A stretch of DNA of 64,000 nucleotides from Chloroflexota bacterium (GCA_003228685.1 QIFC01000029.1:1759-65758); one strand, 5' to 3'. Counted from the stretch's first letter, positions 40,826-50,474 are shown. Notes: generated by a model not told the origin, from the sequence alone. Translations and numbers: made by a program.

Positions 40826-41584
40826 ATGCACAATAAAGCACCGGTAGAAGGTAGGGATGCCACCAACATGGACGAGCCGTACGACGAGGCCTACTACGAT
40901 CCCGGTCGCTACGGCGGGAAGTACAGCCAGTACTGGTGGGCACGCCGCTTCTACGCCGCTCTCATCAAACGATTCCTTGAAAAGGGAAAGGTATTGGAAA
41001 TCGGCTGCGGACTGGGACACGTTCTGGCGCGGTTGGAGAACGACTACGAGACATTTGGAATCGACGTTTCCGAGTACGCAATCGAGCAGGCACGGACCAA
41101 CTCGCCGAAGTCTGATCTCCGTACCGCCGCGATGGAGGAAGCCGGCTCGCTACCAGGACCTTTTGACCTGATTGCCACATTCCATGTGGTCGAGCACCTG
41201 GATGACCCCGGGAGGGCGCTGGAGCACCTCTGGGAGATGACGAGGCCCGGCGGCCTGCTGTGCTTCGCAACGCCGAACACCGAAGCTCCTTTCGCTCAAA
41301 GCAAGGGCGCCCAGTGGTACGCGAATCAGGACCCCACACACATTTCGCTCAAGTCTCCCCGCGAGTGGAAGGAGCTGACCCGGCGAGCTGGTTACGAGAT
41401 CCAGCAGACATTTGGCGACGGCATGTGGGATGTGCCCTACGTCCCGTTCGTACCGCCGCGCATCCAGCTCCTCTTCTTTGGCCTGCCCGCAGTCCTCCAG
41501 ACGTTGACATGTGTGCCGCTGATCCCCACTCGGTTCAGTGAGAGTCTCATCCTGGTTGCAAGGCGACCACTGCAAGAGGCCTGA
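40826..41584 (+). CDS. Class I SAM-dependent methyltransferase
   Basis: VLEIGCGLGHVLARL, HVVEHLDDP, TRPGGLLCFATPN. An alternative start is the ATG at 40868. Confidence 0.8.
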   Translation: MHNKAPVEGRDATNMDEPYDEAYYDPGRYGGKYSQYWWARRFYAALIKRFLEKGKVLEIGCGLGHVLARLENDYETFGIDVSEYAIEQARTNSPKSDLRTAAMEEAGSLPGPFDLIATFHVVEHLDDPGRALEHLWEMTRPGGLLCFATPNTEAPFAQSKGAQWYANQDPTHISLKSPREWKELTRRAGYEIQQTFGDGMWDVPYVPFVPPRIQLLFFGLPAVLQTLTCVPLIPTRFSESLILVARRPLQEA

Positions 41585-41616
41585 CCCTTGGCGCCATCCT
41601 CGCGGATCCGTCCCGC

Positions 41617-43227
41617 ATGTTAGGCCCACGGATCACAGCCTTACGTGTTGACCAGCGGGTCGTGTTGGCATTGATCGTGCTCGCGGGGCTGGTCCTGAGG
41701 CTCATCCTTGCCTGGCAAGACATTGAGTCACTCGCGATCAGCGTTACCCCGGACGACACGTACTACTACCTCCAAGTTGCACGCACCATCGTCGAGGGCA
41801 ATGGCCCGTCGCTTGACGGTATCAACATTACGAACGGATTCCATCCGCTCTGGCTGGCCTTGCTTCTACCCTTCGCCAAGTTGGGCGACAGCGCGTTCGT
41901 TCACACGGCGACAACACTTGGTGCGATCATCGACACGGCAGCGATTGTGGCCCTCTGGTGGGCGCTGGCGCCGCTGACCAAGCGCGTGCTGGTCCGTGCG
42001 ATTGCTGTCTCGTTCTACGCCTTCAGCCCACCAATCATCTTCAGCGCGGCCAGCGGCATGGAGACCGGCCTGTCGCTCCTTCTGCTGATCCTGCTCTTCG
42101 GCTTGCTGCTCCGCTCGCGAGAGCGGGATCCGGCCGACTATGGCTATTGGGTACTCTTCGGCGTTGTCAGCGGCCTGGTGGTTCTGGCGAGAACGGACAG
42201 CGGGATCATTGTTGCGGTATTACTGCTGTTCATGGCCGTCCAGCGGGTTCGCGATCTGCGTCCAATCCTCCTCGCCGGCGCCTGCGCTGGGGCCGTCACG
42301 CTGCCGTGGTTCGTCTGGAACATCGCTACATTCGGCACGCCCGTCCAGGGAAGTGGAGAGGCGATGAGCCTCTGGCGGCACGGCGGCCTCTACCCCATGG
42401 GGACGGGATCGCTGAGCAATACTTTGTCCGCAAGCTGGAATCAACTCAGTTTCGCATTTCGTAACGAGGTCCCTAACACGTACTTCTTTTCGAAGCACTA
42501 CTTGACCGCCCTAGTAGGTGTATGGGCGGCAGGTACGCTCATTGCCGCCAAGCAGTCCGCCAATGCCAGGCTCGCGATCCAAAAGCATCTTTTCCTCTTA
42601 CTCGCGCCCGCGGTTGGTCTCGCCTTGCTAATCAGTTTCCATGCTGGCGTCCGCTGGTTTCTCCGCCCTTGGTATTTCGCCGTCGCGATACCTATTGTCT
42701 CGTTGTATCTGGCGTCGGGCCTGGACGTGATCCTGACCTGGCTGGCCGAGCAACGCCAGAGGGGGCGTCAATTACAGTATGTGGTGGTACCGATCTTGCT
42801 GGGCGTCATGATTACCACGATGTACGGCATGGCCGATAAGGGGATGGACAAATGGCGTCCAGGCTTCCAGCCCTGGGGCCCGGACATGCTCGCCGGTGCG
42901 CGCTGGATAAACGAAGAGACGCCGGAGGACACCACCGTGGCCGGTCTGAACGTCGGCTTCCTTTCATACTTTGGGCACCGGCCGACGATTAACCTAGACG
43001 GCGTGGTCAACGATGGCGCACTGGACGCACTCAGGAAGCGTGAACTACTCGCATACGTTCAGGCTCAGGGCCCTACCTACATCGTCGAATACGACCTCTA
43101 TCTCTTCAATTTCTATCGCGTTTTCTGGGGGGCAGACCTCCAACCGTATTTGCGATTGGAACAGGAGTTCAGAGATGCGGTCCAAGGCTTTCCTTACCGC
43201 GTATACTCTTTCGACTCTGACCAGTAG
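41617..43227 (+). CDS. GT-C fold integral membrane glycosyltransferase-like protein (ArnT/GT39-like)
   Basis: About 12 TM segments. The first periplasmic loop carries PDDTYYYLQVARTIVEG, a GT-C acidic motif. A C-terminal soluble domain follows. Confidence 0.55.
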   Translation: MLGPRITALRVDQRVVLALIVLAGLVLRLILAWQDIESLAISVTPDDTYYYLQVARTIVEGNGPSLDGINITNGFHPLWLALLLPFAKLGDSAFVHTATTLGAIIDTAAIVALWWALAPLTKRVLVRAIAVSFYAFSPPIIFSAASGMETGLSLLLLILLFGLLLRSRERDPADYGYWVLFGVVSGLVVLARTDSGIIVAVLLLFMAVQRVRDLRPILLAGACAGAVTLPWFVWNIATFGTPVQGSGEAMSLWRHGGLYPMGTGSLSNTLSASWNQLSFAFRNEVPNTYFFSKHYLTALVGVWAAGTLIAAKQSANARLAIQKHLFLLLAPAVGLALLISFHAGVRWFLRPWYFAVAIPIVSLYLASGLDVILTWLAEQRQRGRQLQYVVVPILLGVMITTMYGMADKGMDKWRPGFQPWGPDMLAGARWINEETPEDTTVAGLNVGFLSYFGHRPTINLDGVVNDGALDALRKRELLAYVQAQGPTYIVEYDLYLFNFYRVFWGADLQPYLRLEQEFRDAVQGFPYRVYSFDSDQ

Positions 43228-43378
43228 CGGTTTCGGCGTGTGTGATGATATCCACCAGTGTTCCCAGCCAGCGTTCCCAGCCAGCCACTCTTCTTGGTAG
43301 CAATGCTGTTGAATCGATCCCCTTGCTGAACTTCAGAAGCAGGCCTACACTTAAGCGATCAGTCTTGGAGGTGTATCG

Positions 43379-45055
43379 ATGCGCGTTGCCAAACTCTTGC
43401 TGAAGCCCCTCATACTCTTGGCCGCTGTCGTAGCAGGCTCTGTTGCTACGTCCTTGTTGGCGACCGATGTCAGGACCGTCGGTCTCTTCCTGAACGATAC
43501 AGCAGCATATGACGGCTATACGTTGTTCGCGCCCAATGATGGCAACACTTACCTCATCAATAACGACGGGCAAGCAGTCCACACCTGGGACTCCAGCGGT
43601 TGGAATGGCGTGACTCCTTATCTGCTGGATGACGGCAGCATCATTCAAGTCACAGCGTTTCCCAACGAGGGCATCCAGCGTCGTGCGTGGGACGGAACGG
43701 TCTTGTGGAGCTATCGTATCGCTGGAGCCCACCATGACATTGAAGTGTTGCCGAATGGCAACATCTTGATGATTGTGAACGAATTTAAGACCGCCGCCGA
43801 GGCGACACAAGCGGGCAGGGACCCTGCATCCCTCAATCCAGCCAGGTCGTTTCCTCTCATGATCGAAAAGATCATCGAAGTTGAGCCCGTGGGAGCGTCG
43901 GGCGGCAACATCGTGTGGGAGTGGAACGTGTGGGACCATCTAATCCAGGACTTTGATGCTTCGAAGGACAATTTCGGCAGCGTTGCTGACCATCCCGAAC
44001 TGGTGGACGTTAACTTCGGCGACCCGCCGTTTTTTGCTTTTAATGACGCGGACTGGCTGCACGCCAACGGCATCGACTACAATCCTGAGTTCGACCAGAT
44101 CATGGTTAGCGTCCGGCAATTCAATGAATTCTGGGTTATTGACCACAGCACATCGACGGAGACGGCGGCAAGCCACAGTGGCGGCAACAGTGGTAAGGGG
44201 GGTGACTTGCTCTATCGCTGGGGCGACCCCCAAGCGTATGACGCTGGAGACGAGAGCGACAAGATGCTATTCGCTCAACACGACGCCCAGTGGATCGTGC
44301 CCGGCCTGCCAGGGGCGGGTAACATCCTCGTCTTCAACAACGGAGTACGCCGCCCGAGCGGAAAATACTCCTCGGTCGACGAGCTGGTGCCGCCAGTCGA
44401 TGCGTTTGGTGACTACTCCCTGTCCCCTGGCGAGGCATACGGGCCGGCAGATCTCGCTTGGTCCTACTCGAGTCCCTCCGATTTCTACTCTTCGATACTC
44501 TCAGGCGCAAGCCGCCTCCCGAATGGAAACACGCTCATTGATGCCGGCGTCCAAGGGACGTTCTTTGAAGTGACGGTCGAGGGTGAGACGGTCTGGAAGT
44601 ACGTTAATCCGGTCACTGCAGCCGGGCCGCTGCGGCAGGGCGAGCCCCCTCCCGTGGCCATCGCTCCACCGAATCCCAACGCGGTGTTCAGGATTTATCG
44701 CTACCCGTTGGATTATCCGGCGTTCGAAGGGAGAGACTTGACCCCACAAGGCCTACTCGAACTTCCGAAACCAACACCAGTGATCACCGCGACGTCTACT
44801 GCCACTCCTACGGCGCCAGCAACGGCCACGCCAACGAGCACCCCTGTTCCAGCGGGAGTGCTGGGCGACGCTGACGGAGATGGCAGCGTTACAGCTATCG
44901 ATGCTGCGCTTCTCTTACAGTTTACCGCCGGCCTCTTGGCTGAACTTCCTGACCCGGTCAGAGCTGACATGAACGGCGATGGCTTGCTGAACGCGATCGA
45001 TGCCGCGCTCATCCTGCAGACCACGGCCGGATTGTTCGCAGCGACGCCGGCATAG
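43379..45055 (+). CDS. Secreted arylsulfotransferase (ASST)-like beta-propeller protein with Pro/Thr linker and C-terminal dockerin, paralog 1
   Basis: GGAGG SD and a signal anchor. Motifs HHDIEVLPNGNILM, GGNIVWEWNVWDHLIQDFD, WVIDHSTSTETAASHSGGNSGKGGDLLYRWGDPQAY and NGNTLIDAGVQGTFFEVT. The C-terminus GDADGDGSVTAIDAALLLQF...ADMNGDGLLNAIDAALILQ gives two dockerin Ca-loops. Confidence 0.6.
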   Translation: MRVAKLLLKPLILLAAVVAGSVATSLLATDVRTVGLFLNDTAAYDGYTLFAPNDGNTYLINNDGQAVHTWDSSGWNGVTPYLLDDGSIIQVTAFPNEGIQRRAWDGTVLWSYRIAGAHHDIEVLPNGNILMIVNEFKTAAEATQAGRDPASLNPARSFPLMIEKIIEVEPVGASGGNIVWEWNVWDHLIQDFDASKDNFGSVADHPELVDVNFGDPPFFAFNDADWLHANGIDYNPEFDQIMVSVRQFNEFWVIDHSTSTETAASHSGGNSGKGGDLLYRWGDPQAYDAGDESDKMLFAQHDAQWIVPGLPGAGNILVFNNGVRRPSGKYSSVDELVPPVDAFGDYSLSPGEAYGPADLAWSYSSPSDFYSSILSGASRLPNGNTLIDAGVQGTFFEVTVEGETVWKYVNPVTAAGPLRQGEPPPVAIAPPNPNAVFRIYRYPLDYPAFEGRDLTPQGLLELPKPTPVITATSTATPTAPATATPTSTPVPAGVLGDADGDGSVTAIDAALLLQFTAGLLAELPDPVRADMNGDGLLNAIDAALILQTTAGLFAATPA

Positions 45056-45245
45056 CTCTCTCCTCGGAGGAGTCATACTACATTCTGAACTGGCCGCCCC
45101 TTGCCAATATGTACCGAGATTATGTAAATTGGTTTGCTGAAACGAACGCTCGGCTACAGGCGTTTCTCTGTATAGGCCGCGGGCGTTCGTGGCCGGATGA
45201 GGGTCGTTTCGACGGTTCTCGCCTCGCTGGAAGGAGCGATGCTAC

Positions 45246-46955
45246 GTGATAAAGATACGCTGGATTCTCGTGATCATCGGATTTATGGCCCTCGCCATTG
45301 GCGCAACGTCGATGACAGGAGCCACCGCCGAGCAGACGGTCGGTCTGTTTCGGAACGACCCAGGCGCCTTCGACGGCTACACGCTGTTCGCACCGAACCG
45401 CTCGAACGTAACATATCTCATCGATAACGACGGCCAGATCGTGAACACTTGGACGAGTTCGTACGGGCCTGGGGTATCTGTCTACCTGAAGGAGAACGGC
45501 AATCTCATCCGCACCGCGAACATACGCGAACTCAATAACACGTTCGGAGCACTAGGCGGTGGCGGTGGGCGAATCGAAGAGTACGCATGGGACGGTACCC
45601 TCATCTGGGGCTACAACTACTCAGTCGGCCTAGAAGAGTATCTAGCAGACCCCGTCTTCCAGCACCACGACATCGCGGTCCTGCCGAACGGCAACGTGCT
45701 GATCCTCGCTTGGGAGTACAAGTCCGGCGCCCAGGCCATCGCAGCTGGCCGGGACCCAGCACTGATGGAGGACGGAGTCGTATTCCCGGAACACATCGTC
45801 GAGGTTGAGCCGGTAGGAGAGACGGGCGGCAACATCGTCTGGGAGTGGTACAGCTGGGACCACATGATCCAGGACTTCGACGAGACGCAACAGAACTTCG
45901 GCGTGGTCGGCGACCATCCAGAGCTGATCGACATCAACTACGGCAATACCATCGATGACTGGCAGCACGCAAACGCGCTCAACTACAACGAAGAGCTTGA
46001 CCAGATTATGATCAGCGTTCGCGCGTTCGACGAACTCTGGGTGATCGACCACAGTACCACGACGGAGGAAGCGGCGAGTCACAGCGGAGGCGACAGTGGC
46101 ATGGGCGGCGACTTGATCTACCGCTGGGGCAACCCCCAGGCCTACGACCGCGGGGACGAGAGCGACCGACAGTTCTTCATGCAGCACGACACACAATGGA
46201 TCGAACCCGGCCTGGACGGAGCGGGGAACATCCTCGTCTTCAACAACGGGCAGGAACGCGAGCCTGAAGAGTTCTCTACAGTCGTCGAAATTGTGCCGCC
46301 GGTCGACGCGTCCGGAAACTACATACTCGAGGACGGCGCGGCCTTCGGGCCTGCGGCTCCCACATGGAGCTATCAGGCTCCCAACCCCACGGACTTCTAC
46401 TCATCGTTCATCTCGGGAGCGCAGCGTCTGCCGAACGGCAATACGCTGATCGATGCCGGCGCCCAGGGCCACTTCTTTGAGGTCACTTCAGAGGGCGACA
46501 TCGTTTGGGACTACATAAGCCCGGTCACCGCAGATGGGCCGCTCGCGCAAGGCGTGGTTCCGGAGACTCGCGCCAACATCGTGTTCCGAGCGACGCGCTA
46601 TGGAAAGGATTACCCTGCCTTCGAAGGCAAGGACCTCGTACCCATGGGCGTCATCGAGCTACCGAAGCAGGAAGGAACGCCAGATCCGACCGACACACCG
46701 GAACCCACGGAGACGCCGGAGCCGACGGACACGCCGGAACCGACGGCAACGCCGGTGCCGGTCGTGGCGGGCGACGCGAACTGTGACGGTACGGTCAACG
46801 CGATCGACGCGACGCTTGTGCTGCAGTTGTCCGCGGGAGTCGTCTCTTCACTGGAGTGCGAAGGGAACGCGGACGTGAACGGCGACGGCGCAGTTACGGC
46901 TGTTGATGCCACGCTGATCTTGCAGTTCATCGCGGGCCTGCTTCCTGAGCTGTAA
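45246..46955 (+). CDS. Secreted ASST-like beta-propeller protein with PT/PE linker and C-terminal dockerin, paralog 2
   Basis: Same motif set as paralog 1 (HHDIAVLPNGNVLIL, GGNIVWEWYSWDHMIQDFD, WVIDHSTTTEEAASHSGG). Linker DPTDTPEPTETPEPTDTPEPTATP. Dockerin GDANCDGTVNAIDATLVLQL...ADVNGDGAVTAVDATLILQF. Confidence 0.6.
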   Translation: MIKIRWILVIIGFMALAIGATSMTGATAEQTVGLFRNDPGAFDGYTLFAPNRSNVTYLIDNDGQIVNTWTSSYGPGVSVYLKENGNLIRTANIRELNNTFGALGGGGGRIEEYAWDGTLIWGYNYSVGLEEYLADPVFQHHDIAVLPNGNVLILAWEYKSGAQAIAAGRDPALMEDGVVFPEHIVEVEPVGETGGNIVWEWYSWDHMIQDFDETQQNFGVVGDHPELIDINYGNTIDDWQHANALNYNEELDQIMISVRAFDELWVIDHSTTTEEAASHSGGDSGMGGDLIYRWGNPQAYDRGDESDRQFFMQHDTQWIEPGLDGAGNILVFNNGQEREPEEFSTVVEIVPPVDASGNYILEDGAAFGPAAPTWSYQAPNPTDFYSSFISGAQRLPNGNTLIDAGAQGHFFEVTSEGDIVWDYISPVTADGPLAQGVVPETRANIVFRATRYGKDYPAFEGKDLVPMGVIELPKQEGTPDPTDTPEPTETPEPTDTPEPTATPVPVVAGDANCDGTVNAIDATLVLQLSAGVVSSLECEGNADVNGDGAVTAVDATLILQFIAGLLPEL

Positions 46956-47166
46956 ACAGCTCCCGGAACGCGAGCGCCTCGCGGTACTCCGAAGGTTACG
47001 CCCATGGCCGGTGAGGCGTGCCTTCGCGCTATCGCTGGTAGGATCGGTGGCGGACTATGCTTCCCGATGAACCAGGATGTCGCATAGCGCGGGTACTGGC
47101 AGTGCAAGACTATGAGCAGTTCTGAATCTGCGTCTCCACGGTCAGAAAAGCGCTAGGGTGGTCAAA

Positions 47167-48687
47167 ATGAGTAGATCGCAGCAGACTCCGGTCACCGATC
47201 GTGTCGATTCTATCACGTCCAGGCTGGCTGAAGTCGTAAGACCGGTAGGCCGGCTTCTGGCAAGACAGCCTCTCCTCATACTAGGTCTGATCCTCGCGCT
47301 CACCTTCGGCATTTATGCCCAGGCGATCAACGACTGGTTCCAGACCGACGACTTCCTCCTCCTCAGAGGCGCAAAGGCCGTTCCGTTCCTGACCTACGTG
47401 CGGGAGGCTTTCGATTTTCGCGACTTTGAGCCCCTACGGCTCTTCGCATACCGGCCGCTGGCGTTCATCACGACCGATGTCCTCTACATCACCTTCGGTC
47501 TAGACCCGGCGCCGTATCATCTGCTCCAGATCGCCGCCCACATGCTCAACGTTGTGCTGGTCTGGCACATCGCTCGCCGCATGACGCGGTCGCTCCTGGT
47601 CGCTAACTTGGCCGCGCTCGTGTTCGCCATCCACCCGATCTACAGCCAGACTGTCATTTGGATCGCAGCCAACAACTCGCAGCTAGCCCTGACGGGCCAA
47701 CTGCTGTCATTCGTCGCGTTCTTGGAGTTCTCCAGGCGCAACTCGTGGCCATGGCTCGGAGCTTCGGTCGTCTTGTACGCAATCGCGATTCTCTTTCACC
47801 AAGAAGGCTTCCTGCTCCCGTTGGTGCTCGCGATCTACTGGTGGTTCGAGCGAGGAGAGCTATCTCGAGATTCGATCCGGTCCGCAACCGGCATCTTCGC
47901 GCCGTACGGCATTGTCCTCTTATCGTTCCTCGCTATCCAGTCGTTCAACGCCAACGAGTCGGGGTTTGACAGTTTCTTCAAGCCGGAGTTCGCTCTCGCC
48001 GAAACCTACGCGGGCGCGCTGGCGATGTCCGCGTTCCCCTTCTTGCTCGCCAAGATGCAATGGTTCCACGTGCTGGCGGCCGTCGTCGGTGTCCTCTCGG
48101 TTGGCTTCGCGTTCGTCGTCAACCCGCAGCGACGCTCTGTGATCATCGTCGCCGTCGTCTGGTACCACGTTTCGCTCCTGCTTACCTTGCTCTTCTACAC
48201 CAACCTCGTGGTTGCCGTCGTCCCGTTCATGGCTCGAAAGCTCTATCCTGCTGGGCCTGCTCTTGCGATCTTGATCGCCCTCGTCGCGGAGGCCTTCTGG
48301 ATCGTCGTCCGGCCGCGGCTGCCTGCTATGGCGCCGCAAGCGGCTCTCGCAATCGTCGTCGTCCTCTCGGCACTCGTGGTGTTTCGAACCGATGAGATGA
48401 TAGACGAATTCAACGTCTTGGCGGAGGATAGCCAGGCGTTCATTAACGGGTTGCAAGCCGAGCACCCGACGCTGGCGGAGGGTGACACGCTCTACGTAGC
48501 GAACGCACCGCTTGCGCTCGTCGTTTTCTGTACGCCCGGCGTCCTGTGTTACCTGGAGGACGCGATCTATATGTACTATGGCGAGGTCCGAGTGGAGCGC
48601 GTGTCCGTGGCCGAGCTGGATTCGCTCCAGCTGGGCGACGACGAACGCTCGTTCTGCTGGCTATGCGCGCCCGCCAGGTCTGACTAG
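47167..48687 (+). CDS. GT-C fold membrane protein, PMT_2/TMTC-like (DUF1736-type)
   Basis: FQTDDFLLL acidic loop motif, then YRPLAFITTDVLYITFGLDPAPYHLLQIAAHMLNVVLVWHI and FAIHPIYSQTV. This pattern is typical of bacterial TMTC-like O-mannosyltransferase homologs. ATG at 47167 (GTG at 47158 is possible). Confidence 0.55.
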   Translation: MSRSQQTPVTDRVDSITSRLAEVVRPVGRLLARQPLLILGLILALTFGIYAQAINDWFQTDDFLLLRGAKAVPFLTYVREAFDFRDFEPLRLFAYRPLAFITTDVLYITFGLDPAPYHLLQIAAHMLNVVLVWHIARRMTRSLLVANLAALVFAIHPIYSQTVIWIAANNSQLALTGQLLSFVAFLEFSRRNSWPWLGASVVLYAIAILFHQEGFLLPLVLAIYWWFERGELSRDSIRSATGIFAPYGIVLLSFLAIQSFNANESGFDSFFKPEFALAETYAGALAMSAFPFLLAKMQWFHVLAAVVGVLSVGFAFVVNPQRRSVIIVAVVWYHVSLLLTLLFYTNLVVAVVPFMARKLYPAGPALAILIALVAEAFWIVVRPRLPAMAPQAALAIVVVLSALVVFRTDEMIDEFNVLAEDSQAFINGLQAEHPTLAEGDTLYVANAPLALVVFCTPGVLCYLEDAIYMYYGEVRVERVSVAELDSLQLGDDERSFCWLCAPARSD

Positions 48688-48738
48688 GAAGGCGTGGTAA
48701 ACTCACGCGTACGCTCGGCCTACAGTTGGAGGTACTAC

Positions 48739-50403
48739 GTGCTTACGAGACGTCTCATACTTTTGGCTCTGTTCTTGGCCGGCATGGCTGTAAGCATGGT
48801 GGTATTTTCAGCTAGTGCCACGGAGCAGACTATGGGCCTGTTCCTCAACAACCCGGGCTCTTTCGACGGCTATACCCTGTTTGGAACGCTTGGCACCGAC
48901 ACCGCCTATCTGATTGACAATGATGGCAGGCTCGTTCACTCCTGGGACGAAATTAGCGGAAACGGCATCGAACTTCTAGAGGATGGCAGCCTGATCCGTG
49001 GCCCAAACCAAGAAACATTCGGAGCACCGCAAACGGTGACGCGGCTTGATTGGGATGGAACTGTCATGTGGGAGTTCGAGTACTCCGTTGCTGACAGGTC
49101 TCTTCATCATGACATTGAAGTTCTGCCCAACGGCAACGTGCTGATAGTCTCCTGGGAGATTTGGCCGTCCGCGGCCGCAATTGCGGCCGGCAGGAACCCC
49201 TCCTTGTTGGAAGAAGGCCAGCTTCGATCGTTCAGCCTTATTGAGGTCGAACCAACGGGATCCAGTGGCGGGAACATTGTCTGGGAATGGCGTTCTTGGG
49301 ATCACCTCGTACAGGACTTCGACCCGACCAAAGACAACTTTGGTGTCGTCGCCGAACACCCCGAACTCATCGACATCAATTTCATCGAGTTCACGCAGTC
49401 TCCTGGTGGACAAGCGACCTGGCATCGCGCAAACTCCGTCGACTATAACGAGGAACTCGACCAGATCATTGTGAGCATCCGCAACTTCAGCGAGATCTGG
49501 GTGATCGACCATAGCACGACGACCGAGGAAGCAGCGAGCCACACTGGGGGCGACAGCGGCAAGGGTGGGGACCTTCTCTACCGTTGGGGCAACCCGCAGG
49601 CGTACGGCGCCGGCGACCAGAATGACCAGCTGAGCTTCTCTCAACACGATGCCCAGTGGATCGAAGCTGGTCTGCCTGGCGAGGGCAACATCTTGATCTT
49701 CAACAACGGACGCGGCCGCACACCGGAGCCGTTCTCCACAGTCGACGAGATCGTGCCGCCGGTTGACGAGTCCGGCAACTACTCGCTCGACCCAGGCCAA
49801 GCCTACGGGCCCACGGCGCCCACGTGGAGTTATCAGGCCCCTAACGCGCCTGACTTCTATTCCTCTTTCGTCTCCTCAGCGCAGCGCCTGCCGAACGGCA
49901 ACACACTGATCAACGCCGGCGCCCAAGGCACCTTCTTTGAAGTCACGCCGTCTGGAGAGACGGTGTGGCGGTACGTTAACCCCGTGAAGCGATGCTGTGG
50001 CCCCATGACGCAAGGTGATCCAATACCACCACAGATTGGCGAGCTGGGAGGTGGGAATACGACCTTCCGAATACTCCGCTACGCTCCGGACTATCCTGGT
50101 CTCCAAGGCAGAGAATTGACCCCGCAGGGCGCGATCGAACTGCCGAAGCCTACGCCCGAGACCACTGTGACGCCAACGGAGCCGCCGACGCCCACGCCAG
50201 TAACCCTCATTCTGGTTGGGGACGCGAATTGCGACGGGGATGTCAACAGCATTGATGCCGCGCGAATTCTTCAGTACTCCGCCGGCCTTACCGATCTGCC
50301 GCCTTGCCCCTTAAACGCAGACGTGAACAACTCAGGCGACATCAGTAGCGTGGACGCCACGCTTGTCTTACAGGCTGTCGCCGGACTGATTAGGTTCGAC
50401 TGA
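48739..50403 (+). CDS. Secreted ASST-like beta-propeller protein with PT linker and C-terminal dockerin, paralog 3
   Basis: Same motif set (HHDIEVLPNGNVLIV, GGNIVWEWRSWDHLVQDFD, WVIDHSTTTEEAASHTGG). Dockerin GDANCDGDVNSIDAARILQY...ADVNNSGDISSVDATLVLQA. Start set at GTG 48739, six nt after GGAGG (the track start is 48694). Confidence 0.6.
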   Translation: MLTRRLILLALFLAGMAVSMVVFSASATEQTMGLFLNNPGSFDGYTLFGTLGTDTAYLIDNDGRLVHSWDEISGNGIELLEDGSLIRGPNQETFGAPQTVTRLDWDGTVMWEFEYSVADRSLHHDIEVLPNGNVLIVSWEIWPSAAAIAAGRNPSLLEEGQLRSFSLIEVEPTGSSGGNIVWEWRSWDHLVQDFDPTKDNFGVVAEHPELIDINFIEFTQSPGGQATWHRANSVDYNEELDQIIVSIRNFSEIWVIDHSTTTEEAASHTGGDSGKGGDLLYRWGNPQAYGAGDQNDQLSFSQHDAQWIEAGLPGEGNILIFNNGRGRTPEPFSTVDEIVPPVDESGNYSLDPGQAYGPTAPTWSYQAPNAPDFYSSFVSSAQRLPNGNTLINAGAQGTFFEVTPSGETVWRYVNPVKRCCGPMTQGDPIPPQIGELGGGNTTFRILRYAPDYPGLQGRELTPQGAIELPKPTPETTVTPTEPPTPTPVTLILVGDANCDGDVNSIDAARILQYSAGLTDLPPCPLNADVNNSGDISSVDATLVLQAVAGLIRFD

Positions 50404-50474
50404 CGCGGCCAGACCGATCCATCCACTCCGACATGTCTGCGACTGCTCATGTTGGGTGAGCACCGGCTGGACGC

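Noticed and set aside
46681-46750. Imperfect ~18-nt tandem nucleotide repeats (ACGCCGGAGCCGACGGAC-like), considered as a tandem repeat or mini-array.
   Set aside because: They lie in-frame within the Pro/Thr/Glu linker (TDTPEPTETPEPTDTPEPT) of ASST paralog 2, so they are a coding low-complexity linker. There is no spacer/repeat architecture of a CRISPR array.
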